Positions 11,790-25,549 are shown, numbered from the stretch's first letter. The stretch is 64,000 bases of DNA from Lama glama (GCA_028534125.1 CM052832.1:18974001-19038000), one strand, 5' to 3'. Notes: generated by a model not told the origin, from the letters alone. Program-made: numbers and translations.

Positions 11790-12865
11790 TGGCTCTGCAG
11801 GCTCTCCTCTGACCAACCTTCCCCTACACTGCCCCCGGCCCTGGACTTCCTATGGCAGCTGCACTGGACCTATGTGATTGGCACTTGACATCATTCCAAC
11901 CCCCTGTGTTGTGCCTTCTAGTACTGAAGCCTGGAAGCTGAAAGCAACGTTTCCCAGAATCCCCTGCAGCTCGGATTCTGCACCTAATGTGGGGGGCCTC
12001 CACCAGGTGTACCTGCCGCAAGATCTGAAGGCTGAAATGATGGAGAGGCTGTAGGTATTAGTTTCCTATGGCTGCTGTAACAAATTACTATGAGTTTAGT
12101 GGCCTAAGAGGACACACAATTATCTTACAGTTCAGGAGGTCAGAGGTCTGTAATCTGGGCTAAAATCAAGGTGTCTGCAGAGCTCTGTTCCCTTCTGGAC
12201 ACTATAATACATGTCCTTGCTTTTTCTAGCTTCTAGCTTGTACAGGCCGCCCACATTTCTTCTCTTGGGGCCTCCTGCTCCATCTTCAAAGCTAGCAATG
12301 CTGCATCTCTCTCCCCCTTCTTCCACAGTTACATGATCATAGCTGGGAACGGTTCTCTGCTTTTAAGGACCGATGAAGTTAGCCTGGGCTCACCTGGAGA
12401 ACCCAAGATAATCCCGTGATGCTTGACGTAATCGTATTTGCAAAGTCCCTTTTGCCATGTAAGGTAACATCTTCACTCACAGGTTCTGGGGATGAGGACA
12501 TGAATTACCTTTGGTGGGGACACATTCTTTTGCCTACTAGGCTATACTTCTGCTTCTGCTGTTGTCACCACCGGCAACCACCTTCATGGACTATCTGGTT
12601 TTTCTATAGGGCTTCCTGGTTAGCTGTTTCCCGACTGTTGCAGTGGCAGATGCATTCTGGAGGCAGCAGCTTCCTAAATCAGCAGGTACTTCTTGATTAT
12701 CCATCAGGCAGTGACTCCATCAGAACGTGGTAACTTTCAAAGCTGTTCTGGAAAGCTCTAGAGTGTGCTTCCCTGGCCTTCCTGCCAACAATTCCACAAG
12801 CCCTTTTATTTTGTATCTTTTCTGCTGAGTGGATTCTGTGGTCTGCAACGGAACCCTAGTAAGTA
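11790..12865 (+). mobile_element. Old ERVL LTR (LTR16/LTR33-like) split by an MLT1 insertion
   Basis: tttcccagaatcccctgcagctcggattctg... on the left. The LTR-like end gagtggattctgtggtctgcaacggaaccc is on the right. Confidence 0.45.
12055..12540 (-). mobile_element. MaLR solo LTR (MLT1C/D-like)
   Basis: gtattagtttcctatggctgctgtaacaaattac...gcaaagtcccttttgccatgtaaggtaacat...caggttctggggatgaggacatg. Confidence 0.85.
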
Positions 12866-14008
12866 TTCTGAGTCCTATAGCCCTGTGTGTGTCCATCCCT
12901 CTCTTTCCTAAGCTCCACTGATTGCTGAGGGTGAGGCATCCCCAAGACAACACTAAATTATATTACAATTGCAGAAGATACAGATCATTTCAAAGTGGCT
13001 AAAATTCTACTAAATAATTTCATAAATGAAAAGTATGACATTGCTATTCAAGGGTTACGTGGTAGTCATCCTGGAATCTCCATTTAGGGTAGTTAACCTT
13101 GAACCTCCATCTATCAGTGGGGTCACATTAATTGGAAGGTAGACTGTCACAGTTAAGGCCAAGACCCAAGTCCCTCCAGCCCTTCATGTATAGCAAAAAG
13201 TAGGGAAATAAAATGCTATCTTGGGAATAACCTCTTGGGAGTTGCACTAGCTCCAGGAAACTGTCACTTTGGATTTATTCCTCTTATTAGAAGAAGGAAA
13301 AGCTGCGTACTCTTTGTGTTCATCTGCATTGCTTTTGTATTTTTGAGGTACCCTCCCCCTCCTGTCCTTGCCTTTCTTCCAAAAGTCCTCCTAGAAGACA
13401 AGGACGTAAGAGGGCAAGCTTGAGGAGAATGGAATCATTGTTCCTTTAGTTCCTTTCTGGACACCTTGCTGGAGAAGGAAGAGGTCACTTCCAGCACTAG
13501 AGGTGAAAGCTGCAGCATTAAACCCCAAAGACAAGCAGCTTATACAAGAAAGAGTTACCAGACGTTGTTTTTTCTCTACACAAGCTGTTTTTTGGGATGA
13601 TCATCGTCAGCCTGGTTTTAGCACCATCACCATTATTAATAGCCTTATTTCATAATCATGCCCATCTGACCTTTGCCAGGCATGCCGCCTCACTGTCCTG
13701 AACTCTCCTACATTCCTATCTTAAACCTAGGTCACAGGCAGTGAGTTCATATTTGATGCCTACAATTTGCTAGGCAGCACGCAAGCCCTGAGGATCCAGG
13801 AATGAACAAATAGACTCTCTGTGCCCCCAGGGGGCTCACAATCTCCCTAAACTTTTTAATCTGGTAAGCCTTCCCTTTTCCTTTCCATTTGTCTGTAATC
13901 TTACAATAGGCGCACAGAGGAGATCTTCACTGATGACTCACACTGTCTACCGCTACCAATCGCATCCCTCCTCTCCTGCCTCTGACCTCCCAGAGTCCTT
14001 TCTTATTT

Positions 14009-14115
14009 CTAGGGTGACCAAACCAGAACACTTGTGAGTGTAAGGGGTGCTATTAATAATTATGCTGGAACAAGAGACACACGGCAAACCAAGACATGTG
14101 TGGACAGCACTCTGT
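14009..14115. mobile_element. MER81-like hAT-Blackjack MITE
   Basis: tagggtgaccaaaccagaacac...ggggtgctattaataattatgctggaacaa. Confidence 0.6.
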
Positions 14116-17100
14116 CTAACACAAATGGGTTCTTCCTCCTTCTGTCCCAGACTGTGCCCTCCCTAGAAAGGTATAATCAATATCTTACACTTTCATATTG
14201 AATGAAAACTCTAACTCTGGCCAGATCCCAGGACTTCCCTAAATTACATAAGCCTGATGACTTGGACTTTCAATACACCTCAGAAATAAAAAATGGCTGT
14301 TAACCACTTCATCATATTTTAGGACACTAAATGGTGTGAAAGATATTTCCTTTGTCTAAGACTCTGCCCTCTGTCTGGCAGAGAGCTCATTCCGATTTTA
14401 TGAAACACAACACAGAAATATTGCACCTCATTTGACTTCACTGTTGGAAAAAAAAATCTAATTTTCTTTTTAATTAGTGTGATGAACGTGTGAAAACATT
14501 CATCTCCTCCACACAGAGCTCATCAATGTCATGCAAACAATGGGCACGATAAAATAAATCAGAGTGGCTTCTCTTGACGGTGTCCAGGGAGGGTGTCCCG
14601 GGCATCGGGCCATGTGTAAAATGATCTTTTCTAGATAGCGAACCACGGTCTGAGAAAAACATCTATTATTTTTAGGGAACATTTCCAACTAAAATGGGAT
14701 GAGTGCACTATGACCCAAAAAAAAACAAACCTTGGCCATTCACCCAGAGGGGAACTTGGTGGCCTCAGAGAGGTGATGTGAAAAGGGAGGAGGACGTCTG
14801 GGTGTTTAGATATTGATTCATTCAGGATCTGTGCGTTGAGTGCTTTTGTCCAGTTGAATCTACTCGAAGGCCTCCATGTGCACAATGAGGAGAAATGGTC
14901 TAGGGGATGATTTTGAAAGTGGAGAGAAACAAAGCCAAAGGAGGATTCCCTCCAGATGAAAAGGCGCCTAGTCATCGTCGGTCTCCATTTCTGAACAGAT
15001 CTTTCTAATAACCACATGGTAAGGTGTTTAATGACGGCGGCTGTCCGGAGCCATCCCACATCTAGGTTTCCCTATGGGGAACCAATTATGTGCTGCTGGC
15101 CTATCTGTCCCTCCTCTCCCCACCCCCTACCCCAATTCCCTTGCTTCATTGTCTGTTTTCAGCTGGTATTCTTTTCTGGTTGAATGGCCACAAACACAAG
15201 CTGTCTATTTCCTCCAGATCGTGGCGCTCAGCTTGGCAGATGAAAATAACCTTGGTAAGGGAGCTGTTGAGAAGCACGAGGCCCTGCTTATGGCCACCCG
15301 GGCAGAGGAGGCCCCAGTGGAAAGTCAAATCCTCCACAGCCCGGAGGAGCATCCATCGTATAAACAAAATGGACTTTCACTCCTCCCACTACTTCCTCCC
15401 AAGAAAAGGAAGAAAGTGGTTTTAGACTTTTGACTTCTTTTCAGAAGGGAAACAAGACAGCTTTTAATTTTTTTCCCCCAACCCACTGAATGCGGTGAAC
15501 GGTAAAATAAAACCCTGGTTTGCAAACTCTTCAACCCAAGGGACTGTTGTTTGCCTGATGCGACCTTTTAATATGAAACGTGCAGACTGTGCTGCTCACT
15601 CTCCAGAACTGCCTTTGTCTGTGTTTTAGTCTCTCGACACTGAGGGGCGAGTCAATAATCCGTGAATTAACCCAAAACATAACAGAGAAGTGACTTGGTT
15701 ATATTTGGAAGTGGGCAAGTGGTTGGTATCACAGCTGGGTTTTACTCTGGTGGAGATGTATCCATTTAGCGATCTCAGATTTATAGTAAGACACCTGGCC
15801 GCCATCAGCAGGACCCCAAGTCAATGGATTTCAATACAAAAGAGTGGAATTTTGATATGAGTTTAGCTACCCACACCTGTAGATGAAATACCTCCTTCCC
15901 AGGCCCCTCGGTTTCTCCAGGTCACACTTGGAAAGGGATGAGCCCCTTTTCTGCTGGAAATAATTTGACTTTGCAGTCAACAAAAGGAAGGAGAGCCGTT
16001 TCTGGCCTTTGTGTTTGGGTACTCAGAATTCTATGCAAGTCCCTAGCGCACACTTTCAGCTTCTCCTAGCTCTAGCTTGGTGTTTCTTTATATTTATATT
16101 GAAGATAAAATATTCAAAACAAAATCTCACATTGGATTGGCAGAGGAGGAGAGAAGCAACAACCCACTGGGGGCCTTTTGAAAAAGCAACACAAGCAGTA
16201 TGTTTTTCCTAAACAGATTCTCCAGTGTTCAGGTTTTCAGATGTTTGGATGCAGCAGAATTTTGGACAGACAAATGTGTCACCTTCTTGGGGAAGAGCCA
16301 GGATTTGGCAGTATCTCAACAAAAGGGGGAGCTGGGCACGAGAGGCTGACACTGAGGGCTGGGCTAGGAGGAAGTGGTGAAGAGAGGGGAGGCCCTTTCC
16401 TCTAGCGCTGCTACCCTGAGTAGACACACCCCTGCAATTTGTTGCAACAGAAGGATAGCCACTGGCTGCTTCCTAATTAGCCACTGGAGAGTAGCCTGAT
16501 GATGCTAGTTCTTGGAGAGTTCACAGCTGACAGCCCCCGCTTGGAACAGCAGCTAAAACAGTCTGATAGAGACACAATGGAGGTAGACGGTGGGTGTCAG
16601 TGGGCAAACTCAGAGGCTGGTCCAAAAAGGCTGGAGGAGCCAGAGGAAGAGGGGAAATAAGTGAGTAGGGAGATAATGGGGTGCAAGTGGGTAGGAGGAG
16701 AGGAACATTCTCAGAGCCAGATAAAACTGATAGAAAACAAAAAGGAAGAGATGATTGTGCTCAGACAGCAAAGGGGCAAATGTTCACACAAGATGCCCGG
16801 TTCCATAGAGAGCGCCAACTACAGCTTCTATGGGAATGGGATGACGACTGATCACAGTCCTAGAACTTCAACCATGTGCACAGCCGTGAGCACGTAGGAA
16901 GTGGGGAGCAGAAAGGAAAGGCAGACCCAACACATTTTCCAAGACAATCGTGATTGCTTCCCCCTGACCAAAAGCTTAAACATTTCCTCTCTGTTGGTAT
17001 CTTCAAAATATCAACCTTTGACGCTGCCAACCTCCCCTCTGCACCACCCCCGCCCTCCTCCCCTCCCCTCAACAGAATCCGCCTGGTTAGGGTTATCTTG

Positions 17101-17479
17101 CTTTTCCACTTGCGCTGCTGCTCCTGCAGGAGCTGTCACTTCGCACCAGGGACTTGCACAGCGCTTCTGCCACCTTAACATCTGGATGGCTTCCGCTTGT
17201 CTAATTTCCAACACCTACTGCCTTCTAAAATGAGGTTCTCTACCCGCTCCCCACTACCCCGAGGGAGGGGGCTAGAAGGTTATAGTCTCCTGGTAACAGA
17301 GTTGCAGGTGCTTCTCTTTTCTAGACCGTCTCCCAAGCCACAGAAACTTGCAGGGATGCTCCCGTCCTCAGGTGCATCATCACCCCTCCCCCAGTTTCCC
17401 CAGATACAGGCCAGCATCAATGCAACATATTTCTCCTTCTTGCCCCTCCTCCCAATTCTCATCCCCCAACCCCACATTG

Positions 17480-18560
17480 CAAATTAGGAATTCAGACATG
17501 CGAGGAAGAGGCTGGTTCGTAGCTAAGCTGAATCCGGGCAGCCTGGGGGCAAGATAGGACCCTGGAGACCGAGCTGGACTCTGGGTGGGCGCCGAGAGTG
17601 CCATAAATCGTTCGGGTGGCAGGCGGCCACCCAGGATCCGCATCCCGGTGCGCTCTCACCCCCGATCCCCAAGAGAGCCGATCCTCCGGCCACGCGTGTC
17701 CTCGCACCAGAAATGCTCCAGAAATGCCCCTTATCATCTTCTGGACAGGTCTCTCCACTCTCCTGGGCATCCCTCGGTTCTTCCTGCAAAAGTGCTTGTG
17801 CCCCCTACCGCTCAGCAACTTCGTGTGTCTATCCTGTGGGCATCAGAGACCCAAATCCTCCCAGGCGGAGGAAGCCTCGGACGCCCCAGTCCCAAGGGCT
17901 CCTTAACAGGCAACACTCATTCAAGCCGAGGACACGCTCGCCACACAGACCTCACCCGGGTTGTCAGTCAAATCAGAAGCAAAAAACGAGCAAACAAAAA
18001 GGTGCACATACCTAAAGGCTCCTTGTCATGACAGGGGCACACGGGGTCTCCGGCTTGGGATCGCAGCTTCCGTGCCAATGAAATGCCCCGGGCTGCCCGC
18101 ACCCTCGGGTTCTGCAGACAGCCTGAGCTCGCTCACTCGGATGAAGGGACAAAGGGATCCCCGCGCCCAGGCCTCGGCGGCCCTCCTGCGTCCGCTCCCG
18201 GCAGCGGGCTGAAGTTGCGGGGCTGGCAGCGCACAGAGCAAGCGCTGCGGCCGCGCGGGGGGCGGGGGCGGGGAGCGCGCGGGGGGCGGGGCGCGGCCGC
18301 GGGGAGGGGGCGGCGGCGTCACCCTGGCAAGGAGGGGCGGGGGAGCCAGCTGCTTGACAGTTACTTCAGCCCAACTCCAGGACGCCGCGCTTTGCTGTCT
18401 GCCTCCAGCTGACCGCGGCCACGCCGAGCTCCTTGGCACTAGCTGGGGTCGCCGCTTTGGAGTCATCTTTGCAGTTCGAGCACGGGACAGAGTGCATTGG
18501 AGGGAGAGGGCAGGGGAAACTAGCCGAGGCGAGGAAGGGCCCTTTCAGCTAACCTTCTGG
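17480..18560. promoter_or_regulatory. CpG island / promoter with a GC-box cluster
   Basis: Sharp rise in GC and CpG density. Tandem GGGCGG boxes at ~18258-18340 and two GCGGCCGC sites. Confidence 0.9.
18012..18245 (-). other. Putative non-coding first exon of a minus-strand gene (identity unknown)
   Basis: It lies just downstream of the GC boxes on the minus strand and ends at a donor, TAG|GTATGT (18012/18011). The CpG island continues into the putative intron. Confidence 0.4.
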
Positions 18561-19562
18561 GATTTCCAATAGCGGCTGTGCATTAAAACAATGCACTGGG
18601 GCGACATCGGTGGAGTGTGTGTGTGTGTGTTTTGTGATGTGGGGGGTGAAGCTGGTTGCCCATGGCAGGAGTTGTGTTGGACGTCTGCTTTGTGTGGGCT
18701 CTCCACTAGGGATTGTTTGAGCAGAGAGCTCTCATAACAATGGGGAGAAGCAGAGATGCTTTGTATTTTGTTTTGGTGGATTTGAATTGTATGCAAAGCT
18801 TTCCCTTAGGAAAGTGTGGATTTGACAAAGACATTCCCAGAAAGTCTTTGGAGTGGAAAGTGCACAAGACTGGGCATCTACGAGGATCCAGAGACCAAGC
18901 CTCTGCCTCTGTCCTTAGATGGGGAATTCTTTATGCCTCTGTTTCCTTATCTGTAAAGCCACCATACTGAATAAACTGCGTTTGCAGAAAATGTTAAATA
19001 GAATGGTACTGCAAGCTGCATCCCCTGTCCCGGACGTAGGATTCAGTCACATTGTGAGGGGTTAGGAAGACTCAATGAGCTTAGATAGGGACCAGTGGGG
19101 AACATGTGAGGACACTGTGTCCTTATCCAGTTGTGATAAGGAGACTGCATCCTCAGGCTTGGAATCTCAGCTGCCAAAACCATAGTCTAATCATCTACGT
19201 CATAACCCGCCTAAAGACACAAAATAGGAGCAGAGTGTGCTTAATGCTTAGAAAGGACACCCCAGAGCAAGCTCTCGTCACTGTGCCTCTGCCTGAGATC
19301 ATGAAAGCAGCCTGAGCAGTGAGTGTCTTGATGGTCTGAACACTTCATGGCAGCTGGATTTTTCCAGACACCCACCTCCCTTAGTCCTTCCAACTTACAG
19401 AATAGTTCCTGACAGCACTCAGTCTTCCCATGTAGACTCTCCTTCAGAAAAGAAAATGTGGTGACCACGTGATATGAACACTCCAGTCTTCCTGGAAAGT
19501 TATTCTTTGTGTGTTTTCAATATTGGTATTCTGATCAGGACATGGGCTCCTAGTGAGTTTGG

Positions 19563-20062
19563 NNNNNNNNNNNNNNNNNNNNNNNNNNNNNNNNNNNNNN
19601 NNNNNNNNNNNNNNNNNNNNNNNNNNNNNNNNNNNNNNNNNNNNNNNNNNNNNNNNNNNNNNNNNNNNNNNNNNNNNNNNNNNNNNNNNNNNNNNNNNNN
19701 NNNNNNNNNNNNNNNNNNNNNNNNNNNNNNNNNNNNNNNNNNNNNNNNNNNNNNNNNNNNNNNNNNNNNNNNNNNNNNNNNNNNNNNNNNNNNNNNNNNN
19801 NNNNNNNNNNNNNNNNNNNNNNNNNNNNNNNNNNNNNNNNNNNNNNNNNNNNNNNNNNNNNNNNNNNNNNNNNNNNNNNNNNNNNNNNNNNNNNNNNNNN
19901 NNNNNNNNNNNNNNNNNNNNNNNNNNNNNNNNNNNNNNNNNNNNNNNNNNNNNNNNNNNNNNNNNNNNNNNNNNNNNNNNNNNNNNNNNNNNNNNNNNNN
20001 NNNNNNNNNNNNNNNNNNNNNNNNNNNNNNNNNNNNNNNNNNNNNNNNNNNNNNNNNNNNNN
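19563..20062. other. Assembly gap (500 N)
   Basis: Run of exactly 500 N. Confidence 1.
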
Positions 20063-20511
20063 TGCCCTGTTGTCAACCCTACCCCCTGGCCCATCTCCAT
20101 CTGCATAGCCTTCACTTGTTTCCTAATAGCCACATGTACTCATCAAGATCCAGTGTCAGGACTCTAGTCTATATCTGTTTTCCTCAGGTCCCTTGCCCCT
20201 TTCCCTGCCCTCTCACTTCAGAACTTTCATAACATCATAGATCTTAGCATCTCCTGAGATGCTTGGCACCTTCCACTTTGGATTACAGCTGTTTGTATGG
20301 AGTCAGATGGTCCCAAACATTTCTCCATTTACCTCACTCTGGAGAAAGAGGCCTAGAAAGAAGCAGAGATGGGCAGTAGAAGTTTTGGGAGAAATAAGTT
20401 GGGGTTTACTGCAGATTAGCATCAGAACTAATAAGCTATCTAGGAAAAATCTAGGGGAAAGAGCAGGGTCTAATATCCACCTGGAGACAGGCAAACTTTC
20501 CATTTCCCCAC

Positions 20512-20900
20512 TGTATGAGTCTGCAGGGCTGCCATAACAAAATAGCACAGACTGGGGGCTCATAAACAACAGAAATGTATTTTCTCACAGTTCTGGAGGC
20601 TGAAAGTCCAAGATCAAGGTTCTGGCTGAATCAATCTCTGGTGAGGGCTCTCTTCCCGGCTTGCAGACAGTTGCCTTCTCACTGTGTCCTTACACGGTCT
20701 TTCCTCAGTGCATGTGCTCAGGGTGACTGAGCAAGCTCTCTGGTGTCTTTTCTTAGAAGGACACTAATCCTATCCAATCAGGGCCCCATCCTTATGACCT
20801 TATTTCACCTTAATTACTTCCCTGCTCCAACTACAGCCACGCTGGGGATGAGGGCTTCAACATAAGAACTTTGGAAGACACAAGCATCCAGTCCATAACA
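20512..20900 (-). mobile_element. MaLR solo LTR (MLT1A-like)
   Basis: gggctgccataacaaaatagcacagactggggg...ctcacagttctggaggctgaaagtccaagatcaagg...ccagtccataaca. Confidence 0.85.
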
Positions 20901-23599
20901 CCCACCTCCCCAACTCCACTACCTTCCCACTGAAGGAATGGGACTGATGTAGATGTACACATTTTAGGGGTGGGAGTGGGGTAGAGGATGAAAAGGAATA
21001 TAAATGATGCTAAGTGCTTTACAGACATTATCTAACTTAAGACTACAACAATCTCTTTTTAAATTATTGTCCTAATTTGAGAGGTAAGAAAACTGTTGTT
21101 CTGAGAGGGTGAGTAAGTAACTTGCTCATGGTTACAAAGGTGAAGCTGTTTTTTAAAGTCAGAGATGATAAAAATTATAAAATACTCTTTACCATCGTAC
21201 ATTCCACTTTCCACCCTAATTTGCTGAACCTTGGGTATGAATGTGGGGACGGGGTGTGTACATTCAGAGTTGGGGCCAGAGGCCCAAGAGAAGCATGGAG
21301 TGGTTTTCCAGGCAGCTGCCTTTAGACTTCCCTTAGCACCTTAGATTTGGGACTGAATCTCTGAACAGGAATGTAGAGGGGACAGTAAGCTGCATCCACC
21401 CACCCTGCGCTTCTCCCTCAGGAAGGGAGCACAGTAAGTGGAGTATGTAAAGTGAAGGCTTGTCACAGAGCCATTCCCCTCATTGGATTGGCAACTCCAG
21501 GTGATGGGATCTGTTCCAGGTGACTTTGTAGTCCCCAGAATTGCCAACACAGACCCTTCCTAGGGATCAGGTACAAGCATGAGTGAGGGACCAGGCAGCA
21601 CAGGTCTGCACATCTAGGACATAATCCTTACTGGATTGTCTGGAATTCATTTAAATCCTGAAGACGTTAAATTATTTACCCAAGGTCACATAACCAAATG
21701 AAGAGTCCAGCACCAGAACCAAGGTCTCCTAGTGCTTAATCCAAAGGTCTTCACACTGCCTCTCAAATCCTGCTCTTGCTGTGGTCACCAAAGTCTTCAT
21801 TCTTGGGTGATTAATTGCTACCTGTCTCTACTTCCTCTGTTATAATGCATTTGACTTCCTTTTAGGTCCCCACTATTACCTAAGCAGGATTCTTCCATCT
21901 CAAAAACTCCACTGATCAAAGCATTCAGAGATACCTTGCCTGAGTCCTTGTAACCTCATCCAGGGAAACAGTGAAGCCTGGAGCTTGTCAGGCACTGGGG
22001 CAGGGGGTGGGGGTGCAGGATATTATAGGAAACTCCACTAGTGTAAGACTTTGTGTGATTCTTTCACACCAATGGAAAGAAATGATTTCTTCCAAAGGAG
22101 TAACCGTTTCACACAACTTTCCCTCCCCCCACCCCCAATTTTAATTTTACTTTTAATTTAAAACAGCACTTAGGTACAAATAATAGCTATTATTTCAACA
22201 AGCTATTATTTCAACTCAGGTGTCAGCACTCTGCTAAGGGCAGGAGCCACAGAGGTAATAAACAGGAAAGTCATGGAACCTGTCTTGTGGAGCCTGGTGG
22301 TTAGGACAGCCGTAAATAACTGAGGCGGGTGTTATGAAAGAGGAAGTGCCATGGGTGCTATGGGAACTGTGATTATTTTGGGGGCCATAAAACAGGGTGT
22401 TTGAACTTCAGCAGCACTGAAAATGGTCTCTTCTAAAAGCTGAATTTTGTTCTGTTCTCTCCCAGACATTTTTAAAGCCTGTTTTTGTTTGGGGAACAGA
22501 ATTGGCTACGCCAGGCTGATTGTTCTTTGCACCACCAATTGATCCGAGTAAAGACACAATTCATCAGAAGAAAGCAGGAGAGCATCCAAAAGTGTAACCA
22601 AGTTAGTTTCCTGATTTGGAGCATGAGATATTTAATACAGAATTCAGAACAGGTCTGAAGACCCATTGCCATGTTGAAGCAGAGATGATGCTCTAATTGG
22701 AAAGTCCCAGAGATCTGCTTATATCTTGGGACTGGATCCATTTTTATTTCTCTATGTTCCTCCTGCCTCTGATGCTGGTGAATTCTGGTTTTTCCTCTTG
22801 GTCTAGTTGACTAGTCCCAGAGAGAGGTAGACAGGTACAACTGAGATCTCATCTCTCTTTATAACTATGATGTTTGATATCCATGTGGATAGCAGATCTA
22901 ACATCCTGATTTTGAAATTCCTTCCCTACTCTTATGACCTTCCTCTACAGGCACTTGGTCACCCAAATGCACGGCCAAGTCATGGCTTGGAATGCTGCCA
23001 GTTCTACGATTCTTGAACTCCTTTCTCCTACTGTATCTCTTTACTCCTCGCTCATGTCTACTAATGCTTCATTTGTCGCTATGATCAATCTTTCTCTATT
23101 CCTCTTTATTTTTCATTTTCTAATCTATAAAGTGCCTAAGAATCACCCTGGGAAAGAGTTTAAAATGCAGATTTTCATTCTAATTCAGTCTTTTGAACAG
23201 GCACACTGATAATTCTGCAGCCATTGTCTCAGAATGTGCTTAGGGAAACACGAGTCTGGATAATAAGGTCCAAACAGGTGCCCAGCCCCTTAGCCCCACA
23301 GGGTGGTTCCAAAAGCCTTTCAGCTTCACCCCCTAACACACACACTCTGCAGTGCCTGCCCTACGCTCTGGCTCTTCCTGTTGTGCTCGGTGTCTGGGAA
23401 ACAGCCTTGTCAAAAGTCCGAATTTGATTTGAAACACATGGGTTGTATTTTGGTTCTGCCAGTAGAAAACTCAGGATAAATCTCAAGCTTTGTGATCTCC
23501 ATGTATTCACCTGTCAGACGAAGGGTTTGGACCACTTGATCACCAAGCTTACTTCAGCTCTAACATTTGATACTTCCTGATTCTACTTTTTTGTTTAGG

Positions 23600-23950
23600 C
23601 CATTTCCACCGCCTGGAAATTTTCTGCTGAGAATTGCCCATCCCTTTTTCGTTTGCCACTGATGTTTGTCTCTCAAAACCCTTCCTAGTCTATAAAGCCC
23701 TGTTCAAACACTACTTCCTTCATGATGCCTTCCTTGGTCCTCCACACTCTACCTGCATTCTCCTTAAGTCCCCTCAGTGTCCCCTGAATAAGATCCCTCA
23801 CATATCAGAAATATTTGATATATGTCTCCTCATTAGTTTATAAGCTTCTTGATGCCAGGAACTACGCTTAGTACCGCTTACAGCATTGTAATCTCTAGAT
23901 TAGTGAGTATAGAAGATCATCGATAAATGTTGACTATAAAATGAATGAGA
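23600..23950. mobile_element. L2 3' fragment
   Basis: tataagcttcttgatgccaggaac...ataaatgttgactataaaatgaatga is an L2-type end. Confidence 0.55.
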
Positions 23951-24626
23951 GCATACAATGCTCCTGCTGCCTTCTGTCACTTTTTCTCCCAGAAAAAGTG
24001 CATAACAAGCTTGCCTTTATTGACATCAGACCTACACAAGTATGTTTCAGCCTGATAAATGACAGCTGGATCTTGCTTACAGCTTTCTAAACTGCTGAGA
24101 GCAAAACCCCATTTTCCTTTGCCCGCGTCTGGTAGTGATGATAAAGTCCTCAAGGGAGTAGACATCTTAGGTTGTTGTTTTCTTACCATTGTCACACATA
24201 TCTGCTTGTACAATGGGATACTTGTTGGGTCAATCCCCTTAACATTTTAGTATGTCCCAGGAATGAATGCCCTAGGGGTGCTGAAATGAGGCCCCCTATG
24301 CACTCTGCCAAACTATCTCAATTCTAAACCCCACCCCCACCCCCACTTTTAGCTTCTGCACCAAGTGACCTGGAAGTTGCATGGGTATAAGATAGTCAGC
24401 AAAACGTTCAGAGCTGACAGAAAATAAAATAAGCCCTCTATGTAGCAAACAAGCCCCTTCTGTCCAGCAACGTGAGATTGGATTTCTCATACATTATTAT
24501 TATATTACATGTAGGGGTCATTTTCTGCAATAATCTAATTTATAAAAATCACTTCCCAATTTTTTGGTCTCAAGATCCATTACACAAAACAGAATCTAGA
24601 TTAGCCGTTTTATATTTTACCCAACA

Positions 24627-25045
24627 TATATGTGTGTGTGTATATATATTTATATATACATATATATATATACACTTGGAGGGCATTGTGATAAATGAAA
24701 TAAGTCAGACAAAGAAAGACAAATACTGTATATATCATGTATATGTGGAATTAAAAAATACAACAAACTAGTGAATATAACAAAAAAGAAGCAGACTCAC
24801 AGATAAAGAGAACAAACTGGTGATTACCAGTGGGGGGTGGGGAGGGGCAATATAGGGGTAGGGCATGAAGAGGTACAAATTATTAGGTATAAAATAAGCT
24901 ACAAGGATATACTGTACAACATGGGGAATATAGCAAATATTTTATAATAACTATAAATGGAATATAATTTTTAAAAATTGTGAAACACTATATTGTATAC
25001 CTGTAACCTATAATACTGTATATCAACTATACTACAATTTTTTAA
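24627..25045 (+). mobile_element. 5'-truncated L1 preceded by a (TG)n(TA)n microsatellite
   Basis: cttggagggcattgtgataaatgaaataagtcagacaaagaaagacaaatactgtat...tatcaactatactacaatt. Confidence 0.9.
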
Positions 25046-25549
25046 AACCCTATGCTTATATGTATAACATTATCTAGACTAACCCCCTTTGTATTTTTAA
25101 AAATTGTTGAGGACCTTGGGGACCCCTTGAAAGAGTCTTGAGAAACCTGAGGGCTCCTCAGACTACATTTTGAGAATCTCTGCTCTAGATTGACAAACAT
25201 TTTGGTAGAACATTAACTTTACAAATTCCCATAACTCTGAAACTGGTAAGGCCAAAGGTAAACAGTATAAATTTAATTCAACAAATATTATCGCACAAAG
25301 ATATTAAAATAAGTATAAAATAAGGCAGAGTGGACGTAGAATTGACTGGAAATTATCACTATGCACGTGTAAACACAATGCTAGGTACTTGATAGGTAGG
25401 CTTTTTCAAGGTTCTAAACTAGCTCTCACTTCATAATGAATCCCTTCCCTTTTCTCTCATTATCAGGGGAAACATGAAAGAAGAGATTTGTCTGTAAGGG
25501 TCTCCAAGGTGATTGATTTATATTGTGTCCCAGGACCCCACACAGTCTC

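Noticed and set aside
15074..15433. 119-aa ORF starting MG and ending PPKKRKKV (NLS-like)
   Set aside because: No recognisable protein family. The NLS-like string comes from an A/G-rich tract, and ORFs of this length occur by chance. It would need Ribo-seq or codon-level conservation.
17492..18572. Overlapping 80-150 aa Pro/Arg/Gly-rich ORFs in the CpG island
   Set aside because: Stop-codon scarcity in GC-rich DNA explains them. They are low-complexity and show no homology I can recognise.
19444..20232. Long ORFs of 180-276 aa here and at ~38.3-39.1 and 58.4-59.2 kb
   Set aside because: Artefacts of translating through the N gaps.
22184..22215. Short tandem duplications (agctattatttcaac x2; also ~2027-2054 and ~550-580)
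   Set aside because: Ordinary slippage duplications with two copies only. They have no spacer structure and are not CRISPR-like.
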